DNA of 64,000 nucleotides, from contig MU053376.1 in the NCBI GenBank assembly GCA_013239625.1, forward strand, positions 1,450,833-1,514,832, written 5' to 3'. Positions within the stretch are counted from its first letter, which is position 1, and the number at the start of each line of letters is the position of its first letter. Below the pieces are notes generated by a model that had not been told where the DNA came from, did no database searches, and saw only the letters and a program-made list of their open reading frames with translations. Positions 36,601-48,600 of this stretch are shown here, one piece after another. Source of the stretch: Lama guanicoe. Its lineage: Eukaryota. Both the position numbers and the translations under genes were made by a program.

Positions 36601-39600
36601 TTTATCTGTTTTTTGAGCAGTTTCATCTACTTTTGGAAAACACTGCTTCTTCCAGAGAGAGACCCAAAGGAAAAAAATAAGATATCTCAACAGAGGTTAA
36701 AAACTTCTCACCTATGGATAAGGCCTGGTTCACAAGAAATTTAATAAGAACAAAAGTCTGTGCTGTAAGAGGCAGAGTATAACTATACTGAAAGTAAGTC
36801 ACATAATATATCAGTGGTGGTAAAGCAGGCAAATACATGGACAGCACCAAATATAGATGCAAAAAAATCTAAAATATAATTATTAAAGAAAATGGAGTTC
36901 AGTTATAAAGATTACAATATGCCAAAAAATTTATCTAAAACAAAATGAAAACAAATCAATTAACATTATTTCCTAATATTTTCTGCCTCCAATATTTCTA
37001 TACATCAAAAACCTCAACACACAGACCTGACTACTATCATGGAGAAAATAAAAGTGAGCTAAAGGTCACTGCAAAGTAAAATAAGAAGGTAAGGAGATTC
37101 AAAGTTCAATGGAAAATTTTACAAAATAACTTTTTAGGTCACAAAAATGCACATTTTATATCCTCACAAATCTTAACTTGGAAATCTGGGTTCTAGTGTT
37201 CCATCTTTGTCATAAATTAATTAGTTGTATGATCTTAGGCAGATCATTTGGTATTCTTCAGTGCTAAAATTTTATGATTCCATGAGAAATTCTGACAAAC
37301 AAAAACGAAAACAGTCATACTTAAAAACTGCCTTCATAGCTTTCTTTTCTCAAACAACAGATCTGGTAAATCTCTTTTGGTATTCCCATAATCTAGACGG
37401 CACTCAAACAACAAACTATTGAATCCAAGATTCCCAGACAAAGAGAAAAATCAAAAAATCAAACACATTTCTTTAGTAAGTAATGTGATCCAAACACACC
37501 AGAATTCTGAACCTGTGACTATCCTATGTAAATATTTTATGCAAAATAAGCATTTAATTCACAAGTCTATTACAATGATGAAGAACTGTACCACTTTCTC
37601 TAGTTCTTTTATTATTGAATTTATAGAGACCACTAATCCTTGAGCCCTGTTACAGTAAGGTCAAGTAAAAGCTGAACTTTTAAGTAGAGCCCAAGAGAAA
37701 AATCAACATAATACGGATCTGAGGGAATAAACATACAAGCTACTTAATATAAATGGCAATGAAAGTTGTATTTATTTCAATCATTCTTGGACACTTAGGA
37801 GAGAGTGAAAAACCACATGATTAAGCGACAGGGAAAAATTCAGGCTAGATATCAATCACATCAATGAGACATTATAACAGGCCATAAAGAAGCTCATTCC
37901 TAGGAGAAATATAATAAACGAATATAATGAAAGATAGTTCTAAGTTGGACTGCTGTATAAAACTGGATTAGAGAGATATAGTATGAAACTATGGAAGAGT
38001 TGTCTCCCAAAGTATAATTTTGTCTTACTTTTTCCTCAAAACCACATTTCTGAAATTCTTCAGGAAAGAAAATATCAGAGGTTAGTGATTAAAGCAAGCA
38101 GAAAATACTAGGTAAACGCATTTATTATTGTTATTTCAACAAATTTAGCATTCTGTGAATTCAGAATGAAAGACTTTTGCCTAGGGCTTTATGATAGTGA
38201 TTTTAGTGCTTGAAAGTAAGTATCTTAGAAGAACTAGCAACAATTATTATCATTTCTTAACCGCTTATTCTTAATAGCATTGTTTGGAAGTGGTATTGCC
38301 TAATAGTTAGAAAACGGACTTTGGAGTCCAGCAGATATGGTTTTAAAAACTGTTGGCCCATTTGCTGGTCCTTGAATAAATCACTGACCCCTCTTAGTTA
38401 ATATTACTTATCCTAATAAAGGTGTTGTGAGAATCATAGGATAATGAATATAAATTAGCACAGAGATATTGGCGCTTAGTAATCATAAACAGTAACTACC
38501 ATTGCTGCCACCACCACCACCATCATGGAGGTCTTAAAGTTACACTGCACTGAGGATGAGAGTGTCACGTGTATACCTGTTAAGAGCAGAGATGAAAACT
38601 ACAATATCCTGGTTTCACGAGGCCTTAAGTCATCTGCATTCATTTACAGAAATAAAGGAAAAGAAACTGTCCAAAATATTTAAAATAATTATTTAAACAA
38701 AGTAGAATTGATTACAGACAGTGAAACCCAGTAGGAAATGCAACTTAAGACTAAGCTTTAGCTATGATTCTGCCAGTGATCTGTGACTGAGCAGAAAAGG
38801 TCACTTATTCTTTGCCATCACACAATGTAGATGTCAGTACTACTCTTAGGTAACAAGTCACATACTTAAACAGTCTTTCTGTCTCTGTTCAAAGGTTCGA
38901 TGTAGCAACAAAGGCATTCCACCATTCTTGGAGCTCACCTTGGATTCCAGGCTGAGTCCAAGCAAGCCTCAGGACCTCCAAGAGGCTAACCTCGAGACTC
39001 AGAGGCCCTGCCTGAGGTGCTATGAAATATGCAAAACAACACTGAGTGGACAGTAAGCACTTTCCCAAAGTAACTGGAGATTCTACTCATTTAGAAATCA
39101 GAGACAACCCTCTTCTCGGAGTCATGACAGCATAAGAAGAAACACATTAACGACACCTCTTACCTATCTTCCTGTGAATTCTTTCCAGATCGCCTCTTAT
39201 TTTTAGCTTCTCGGGGAGAAGATCGAATTTTCTTAGTTGGAGGGCCTGAATCTCTTCCATAATCTTCATCTAAACAGAGTATTTTTCAAATTCAGTGAAC
39301 TGTACTATGATTTTTACATGTCAAAACTACCACCGATATTTACTGAGATAATTTTCTCATGTGATTTAAAAAGTGAGGTCAGGATTTCCTAAATACTTTT
39401 TTCATTAAAAAAAAAATTCTTTCCTACCCATTCTACCATAACTCAATCATTTCCAATTTTTGCATATTACCCCCCAGTCCTCATGTGTATATTTTAATCT
39501 ACCTGCAGCCAAATATCTCTTATTTTATATTCTACCCTTTTAATTTTTTTTTTTACCCTTTTAATTTGTTAAACATTTTTACATGTTTCCATATCTTCAT

Positions 39601-42600
39601 GTCTATTTGGAAACTATTATAGTAATATGGTTATATTACAAGTATTTTAGAATGTAAAGAACCCACAATTCTATATTCCTAACACAGCTATCAATTAAAT
39701 TACACTTAAACTAAAGTATTATACATAGCATACTCTGACATTTGGTGAAAATATCTCCAATCTCAAAAGCTCTACGAAACAAAAGAAAAATAACTCTGCC
39801 TTAAAAGGTGTAGTAAAAAACTATAGTTTGAAAAAAGGTATAGTGAAAAACTAGTTTCTTACACCACTATATATAATCATGAGGATCTAGAATATTTTGA
39901 AGCTTCAGCAATTATTAAATGGTTGAATAATTATAAATTATGGAATATCATACAACCATTAGCAACCATAAACTTTTAGTAACACAAGAAAGGAAAAAGA
40001 GGGGTACGAGGGACACGAAATCCAAAATTCTATAGCAAGACGTCAACTATATTTTTAAAAGGAAAAAAAGGACAAAAGTCTTTTTAAATAAAAAGGTTAA
40101 AATGGCCATTTGCTGGCTAAGGGGCCTTGAGTAATATTTCTGCCTCAGTTCCCTTATCTGTAAAATGAAAACAACAATATATACATATAGTCCCATTTTA
40201 ACAGGACTGACCTAAGGATTAAATGGGTAACTGCAAACATTTAGCAAGCATTTAATAAATATTAGTATTAACTCTGGGAGGTTGGATTATGTTATTTTTT
40301 AAATTCTTCTTTATACATATCTTTTCTAAGTTTTCCCAAAGTGCATAATATTATTTTTATAAAATAAAATTAGGCTTAAAAAAGAAAGAAAAAAGAATAG
40401 TAAATACATCTGGAAAGTGAAAGGACATATTCTAAAGAAAATTTTTATGGCTAAGATTTAAGATACACTACTCATTCTGAGTTCACAAATCAAAGGTGTT
40501 TTACAAAATAGTTTCATCTTACTTCATTATGCAAAAAACTTATATACTCCCTATTACAAAGTATGGGTTTTACTGTGATTATAGCAGGAGATACATCAAC
40601 TGATAAACATTGCAGCAGAACTGTCACACACTTCAACTCTGAACTCCAAAACCAGATAAGGAAAAAATGAAGTATTCAAATGTTTATTATCAATAATTTA
40701 CTAAGGAAAAGTTAAAATCCATGCAAGTTCAGCTTCTGTTTTGGGTGACACAGACTGACATAATTTACATACATCAATAGTCTAAAAATAAAAAATAAAA
40801 CTTATTCCAAAAGAATAATGAAAAAGTATATAAGCTGGCTATTCTTCCACTAGTCAGGCCAACTTACATTTTATTGAAACCGCAAAACTTACCAGCATCG
40901 TCAGATTCCTGAAACTGTGAATAATCAACGACCTTCCTATTTCTGTAGAAAGAAGAGATTCTAATTAAGATCACAAAAACGTAGGATTTTTATAAGGTAT
41001 CAGAACCCACATTTACTTCATGAACAGAATTAGAACTAGCTCTCTGAAAAGTATTTTTCAGTAAGCCCCTACCATCAGCCAAAAACTGTCACTTTTTTAC
41101 AGGAAAGTGCAGCTTAAACCGAAAGTATTTCAAACTACAATTCTCATATTGCTCATCTCAGGGATGGCTCAAGCACTATCCTTTCCCACAAAACAACTTT
41201 CCACCTTCCACGAGTACATAAGAGAGTAAAATAAATCAAACTACCATGTATATTCATTATAAAGAGACAATATCACACAAACCCAAACTGTAAATGTTAT
41301 TTTTACTGCTACACACGCACATACACCTGCACCTGATAAGCAAGGTTATTACTGAGTTTTTTTTCATGTCAAAGTGACTCAAATATAATACAGTTAATTA
41401 TAATATATAAACCGTGGTGACAGTCAAGTCTTACATAGAAGGGGATGGAAAAAATTGATTCATTCAAAACATGCTTTTTATTAATGAGCATTTATTAAAG
41501 GTACAAATTTATGTATCTACTCGATTCAAAGATTTTTAAGTACTTCTTACTAGGTAAAGCTTCTTTAGTATCTCAAACAAATCTTAATTTTCCTACCTTA
41601 TAGTCTAAACTTTGAAGTTTAAAATTCCTCCCCTAGAAAGATATGAAAACTTCCATGTTAGTATCCAAACAGTCTAGCATTTAAGAGAGACTTAGAGGCA
41701 CTGTAACTGAATGGAAACTGAGTAAGTGAACTGAAAGAACTAAGAGAAACAGGCCACCAACTGCACTTAACCTGAGCAGAGGAACATTCCCGGTTTTACA
41801 GATGAAAACACCATTTAAATGCAAAAACAAGATAGTCAGAATTCAAGTATAGTTATGACTTCTATATAATATGCAAAAATGACAGGGTAGGGGTGAATTC
41901 TGAACACATGCTTGGGGCTTAGATGTGGAGGAAAGTAGAGCCTCATCCTTGATTTAAGAGAGAGAAAAAAAGAAAGGCTCTTAAGGAATTGTGCCTTCTG
42001 TTTTTCTTTAGTCTACCAACAATGAACTATCTTCTCATGTTATCGCCTCAATGAGTCAAGATGTAAAACCATAAAATATGTTGCAACTATGTTTTATTAT
42101 AAGAAACTGAGTTTATATATCAAAGATACCATTCTATTAGGAAAGTTAATTTTTAAAATATCACTCTTATTCCACGTTTATGAGTTACCTAGAGTAGTCA
42201 AATTCAGAGACAAAACGTAGGATGGTGGTTGCTGGGAGTGGAGTCGTGGGAATGGAGAGTCATTGGTACTTAACAGCTTCAGTTTTGTAACAGGAGAGTT
42301 CCGGAGATTTGGGTGCACAAAAACGTGAATGTAGTTAATGCTACTGAACTGTACATTTTAAAATGATTAAGATGGTAAATTTTATGTTATTTTTACAATT
42401 AAAAAAAGAATAAAATTTTTTTTCTCAAAAAGCTTATTTTGGGGGCTGATAATCAAATGCTTATTATATTCCAGCAAAATAGTGATGTTTAATGACAGAT
42501 GCCATGAAAAACAGTATTACGATCACAATGTAAAGACGACCATTTTCTGCATTACTTAGGATCAAGGAAAATGGGACATGGAACCAGGGGAAGGTATCCA

Positions 42601-45600
42601 GAAGAGGGAGTTTTAAATTTTAATTTCAAATAATTAATGTACACATTCTGAAATTGGAGGCACGGTAATTTTAGGTTAGCCAAGCTAGTGGAAATCACAA
42701 CTAAAATACTGGCACAATTTTTGGGTACCAAATATCAATAGATACATCCTACAAGACTACATAAAGAAGGGTAAGTATAATGTTGAAGTGTATATCACAT
42801 GAAAAACAACTGAATAAACTAGGATTTTTAACTTGCAAAAGAAAAAACATGTTAGCTTTGGTGATCAGATGAAGTGTGGGATCAACATAAAGAACTTTGT
42901 GATAGTTTGCTAATGATAATTACTTCCTTAGTCTATCACTAGAAACACTGCAGAAATTATGTTATAGTAAAAAGTACAAAATCTGTTAGTAAGAATGCTG
43001 GGTTCTGCTTCTAGAACTTCAAGCAAATCACTTCATTTCTCTGGGTCTCGGTTCTTCCTCTGTTGGAACTAATGACCTAAGTTGCTTGACAGATCTAAAA
43101 AATTACCCTATAAAATTAAATTATCAAAGTTTAATAAAAAAAAAAAGGGGGAGGGTATAGCTCAGTGGTAGAGTGCTTGCCTACCACGCATGAAGTCCTG
43201 GGTTCAATCCCCAGTACCACCATCAAAATAAATAAAAAACAAACCAACCTGATTACCTTCCCCGACCAAAAAAACCCCAAACCAAACCAAGTTTAATAAA
43301 AGACTTTTTCAGTTGGAAATGGTCAACTATCCTTTTGCACAGCACACATTTTAACACACATTGCTGGACCGTTTGTTTTCCTCAGTGATGTCATGTCCAC
43401 ATTTCTGGTGCAGAACAAGGTAAAAAGTAGGCACTCCGATGTTTTCTGAAACTTTAGCCCTTAGAGCCAAATTCAAGAGCTCTGTTAGAAACCTAGTTTT
43501 AGAAGATACTTCAGGGGATAAAAGCCAGTCTCCTTCAAGTCTTTTAAGATTTCATCTCTTGCCACTTAACCATCAAGCAACCCAGGAGGTCTGTAACCTC
43601 ACCAATCATGCTGCTGCTTACAACCTGGTTGTGCCGCCTGCTCCTTGGCTTAGAATGCTATTCATACCACTCTTGCTCATGCGACATACAACCTCACCTC
43701 CTCTAAGCAATTTTAATCCCTTGATACTATATAATCTACTAAATGTGAGCTTTTTGAGGACAGGGGTTGTCTCTCCTTAATTTGGAGCACCAAATTCAAG
43801 AAAGGCGTTTGATGAGGGAACGGACTTGCCATCTGCAAAGGATTCGGGTGGGAAAGAGCATCAGTAGAGAGGAGGTCTGTGCCACTGGAGTGTTCAACCT
43901 ATCAGACATTTAATCCCACTGCCCTTGATGACAAAGGAAAATTTAGTTTTCTACAAACTAAAAAACTTAAAGAAATTTACAAGGCAATTATTTAGTAATT
44001 TTTTTCTATTCTGTTTTCCAACGAAGGAGAACTACAAAAATGCCGTGTAGACCATGCTAACATCATAAAAGCAATTAAATTTAAAAATTTCAAAATTAAA
44101 TTGAAAGACTACTCCTCCTCTTGAAACATAATATTTTAACTTTCAATTATGCGAACGTGGCCAGTATTATCTTACATAATACATGTCATTTATCACAAAA
44201 ACTGTAAAACCCGAGTAAAGCAAAATATGACTATGAAAGCAATCTTAAGAGTAACTAGTGGGAAAAAAAAGTATCAAAAAGTTTAAGAAAGTGTCCATCT
44301 ATAAATGCGGAAAAGGGAAAAGAAAAATAATTTAAATAAAAGATCTGTAATAACAAGGGTCATTCACAATAACTCATTATAATGGTTTATAATAATTTGG
44401 TTCATTTTCTGCCATCTAAAGATGCTTCCTCTAAGCATACTATTTCCCACTACTTAGAGATTTGCCTTATTTAGGGTTGAAATACATTTTTGATGAACTT
44501 ACTTCTATGCAAACTTGAAACTGAGAAGATACATTGAAACAGAAGTGCAACACTTAAGAGTAACATTTAAGTCTAAGGGCACAGGAAGTTCTACTTCTAG
44601 CTGAAAACAAAGAAATATTCTTATTTCCTCAAAGTACTTAAATGTCAAAGCTAAACCAACTCTCCTGTGTATCAAAAACTAGAATCGGGAGGACGATCAC
44701 CCATTTCTCCAAATAGCATATAGGTTAAAATACAGGTTTTTAAAACTGGGTTTTAAATCCTGGCTGTGCCAGTTACTTCCCCTCCCTGAACTTCAGCTTC
44801 CTCACCTGTAAAATAGGAGTGACAATACCTTTCTCTCAAGATTGCTCCAAGTGACAGATGCACAACTCCCCAATGCATGGCAGCCATTATTTCTTCCACT
44901 TTCTTAATCATCAACTTCGTTCTACTAAATACTGGTAAGCCTACCCCCAAAATACTTTTCTTCCTTATAGCAGCAACTGTCTAAGACCAAAACAAGGGTA
45001 TTTCTGAAATATGAGGTCTGTAAAATTAACTTTCTGAAGAGTCAAGGATCAACAGTACTTCAGAGAATGGAAATTACCACACCTTTGAGATGATCTCATC
45101 TAATCCTCTTACTCTTGCAGATGAGGAAACAACTTAAACCACAAAAATCCAGTGCTACTTTGTAACAAACCTGCACATCAAAATAGGGAGAAACACGTAA
45201 GTTCCAGGTGAGGAAGAACTTTAAAATAGAAACCAACATGAAATTATTGACACCCTAAGATTTATACTACTTAAAGGGGACAAAACCATTTTCTCAGGGA
45301 AATCAGAGACTTTCAGACAACTTACTACATTATTTAGAGCTCTATCAAGTTGTCTATACTTCCATTTTTACCCTGCAGAAGTCATATTGTTCTGGCCAAT
45401 GTAGAGATGATGAAAAATTAGCTAACTTTCTAGAATTCAGCAAGTTTCTTATTAGGCACTTCAAAGTGCAGTTGAACTCTGAGTTTTGAGAAACCCAAAA
45501 TAGCTGGCATAACTCTTTTCACTAGTCACCTAGATAGTAAACATCTACAACAATGGTTTTCAATCCATCAGTCCTGAAGTCAAATCATTTTAGGAGAAAA

Positions 45601-48600
45601 AAGCATTTTAAGAGAACAAGACGCAAACAGAAAACATCAGGTAAGACTGTACCGAAATAACTGGTAAGTTCCTGGAACTTGTTTCAGGTGTTTGTGTTCT
45701 TGTGTGCAGCAAACTGCAATGTAAAGTGTACTTGTTATTGGAACCTCATCAAAAGTCTCGAGACCCACTGCCTTAGAATAAAAAGTGATTTCCAAAGTAG
45801 TTTTTTGTTTTACCTTTACAAAAAATGACTTGTTATTGATCCATGGTCACAAAAGTATAACATCTCTTTCTATTTTAATTCATCCTTTAAAGAAAAATCA
45901 CTTTTTTAAGCTTAAGCACTCATAAAATCTATCAGTTCGGTAGCCTGTAGGAGGACAGAGGGAAGGATGATAACACCAGCTGTACTAGAGCTACTGGACC
46001 CTAGACAATCCAATCCAATCTTACCCTAATGTGTTATTCTAGCAACAAATGTCCCCAGAAGGGAATGTCTGAGAACGTCTCATAATTTTCAAAGGCAACC
46101 TAATCTAAGAAAACTTCGATGATACAGTTCTTCTCAACGAGGTGAAATCTGCTTCTGAAGTCCACTCACTGACTCTACCTTGTCTAGTTCCTGGGATCAC
46201 CATGGTCTAAATCTAACCCTCTTCCAACAACAAGTTTGTACTGCATGGTGCAGGGAACTAGACTCAGTATCTTGTAGCAACTTATGGTGAAAAAGAATAT
46301 GAAAACAAATATATGTATGTTCCTATATGACTGAAGTATTGTGCTGTACATCAGAAATTGACACAACATTGTAAACTGACTCTACTTCAATTAAAAAAAA
46401 ATCCACACACAAACACACACAAAATAAAAATAAACCCTCTTCCACAGAGCAGCCCTTAACATTTATGAGAGCTTCCACTTTTCCCTTCAAGGCTAAATAT
46501 TAAAGTTTCTGCATATCAACAACCATTCCTCCCTCCCCTTGAAACTTAGGACATTCACCTCTCCTCTCTCCATTCTTCTATCTCTCAACATTATTCACAT
46601 GCCAGATTTTCTCAGGGTATAAGAAAGTTAGTTCACAGAGCCAGGATACCTAAACTCAGTTCAGGGCAATTTCTCACAACTGCTTCGCTTGTCTTGAGCT
46701 TCAGGCTCCTTTGGGCTACGATGTATTGCTTTGACTGCATCATATGATTTTGCTTTTCACAATTAAACAAAACTCAGAAACAGTCACAAGATACAAGAAA
46801 GCAAAAATTCAAAAAAAAAATTTTAAGTCAAGAACATTATAGGAAAGAGCACCTGAAAGTTTTTCAAATGGAAAAAGTTTCTAATTTCTGCACAAAAGGG
46901 TTGAGTAAAGGAGTTCTGAATGATGAGCTGGGGATATCTGTTATAGGAGATTGTCACAATCCCCTATTAAATATTTTTTAAATCAATTTGTTAGTATTTT
47001 AGTCCAGATGAATAAATATTAACTCTCACATGGCACTCCTTATTTTCAAAACATATTCAGATCTACCCTATTCTCTCCACATAGAAGAATATTTTGTTTA
47101 AAAAACCACACATATACAAATTTCAACAAGTATAATAACAAAGTACTGGGTAAGTAAAATGGGCTAGATTTTTTCCCAGTTTAGTGCAAAACCTATGCAA
47201 TTAGGAAAACCTCAAGCAGGTGAGATTAAAGGGGTCTCAGATGAGCACATTACCAAGTTAAGCCCTGTCTGCAGCAGAGATGGTCTTGGAAACCTCAGTG
47301 GAAACTTCCAATTGTCTTAACCCAACCACCAGGGACAAATCTGTAACCCAACAAAGTCAAGTTTACTGACTCATTACAATAAAGGTGATGGGACATCAAA
47401 AATGTAGAGAATCTCACCAAACAGAACTTAAAGAATTTAAGGAAGGGTAGAATATAGGTGAAATTTAAATGAAGCAGTGTCTTGGTAGGCTTAAAGCACT
47501 GTAGGCCTGTGTGAAAAGGAGTCAGCATCAAGGTCTGGACTGCCAAGTGGACCTTGGGTCTCATTTCTTGGCAAAGAAGGTAGATGTGAATTTTGTGTCC
47601 AGGAAACTCTCATTTAAAGCTCTAAAGTTGTAAACTGACAATAAATCTTCCAGCTGTAGCGTATCTGTGGAAGGCAATCTTATCCCACCCTAATGAATAG
47701 CAAGCTGGATTTTTACTTCTCAGAGGAGCCAAGTTTTAGTTTTTCAATAGTTTATCTTCTGGGACATTTTATCTTGACAGATGAAACCTTCCTGAAGATC
47801 ACCTTGCTTTGTAGGTAACTGAACAGGTGCACAATTCAAAACAAACAGATGTGCACTAAGAAGCACCTGAAAATACACTATAGGCAGCTGAAACACTCTT
47901 TGGCAGCCTGTGGTCTCTTTACCTCAATTATTTCAGACCTATAATTATGGCTATTTAGATACCAGTTATTTAAAAATAAGGCAATGCAATTCTGTAACAA
48001 TCAGTTCCACTTCCTGAACCTAGACAGTAACATTTTTTGAGACAAAAAAAAAAAAAAGATGCCCCAGTTTGACCAAGTGGTCCTGTGCTAAATCAAATGT
48101 TTTCTCCCATTGTCCACAACACGACAATCTCTTCAGTGTCATCTCCAGTCTCAACAATCCAAGAAGCGACTTCTTCATAATCCAGGGTAATGAGATCACA
48201 TTTATTTCTATCTTGGCAGCTAAGAATTTTAAAATGCAAATAGAAGTTAACACTTCTCAGCATGCTCAATAACTTCATTATTAAGTTTAGGTGATCAAAG
48301 TTTGCAAACTCTAAATCTGGCTGTGCAGACTCTAAAATATTATTAACTCCAGAGGGGCGCCATTCACATGGACTACAATGTAGATGTAACATGATGGTGC
48401 CACAGTTACACAGAAGGTGGCCTTGCTTTTATATATTTTTGGTAAAACAGATGAAAACCAATCTCCCTTTCCTTACTCAAAATTACTTTCTCATTAGTTT
48501 TATTGGTATATGCTTTAAAACACTAAAAACTCAACCACTTACCTTGGTTTATAACTTTTGTCAAGTTAAATCAACTCTAATTTCTAATTAATCTTAATTT

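Noticed and set aside
43147..43220. tRNA-like sequence with A and B boxes (also at 6117, 12625, 18531, 32230, 61563)
   Set aside because: Copies differ from one another and have A-rich tails, most with TSDs, so they are SINEs rather than tRNA genes.
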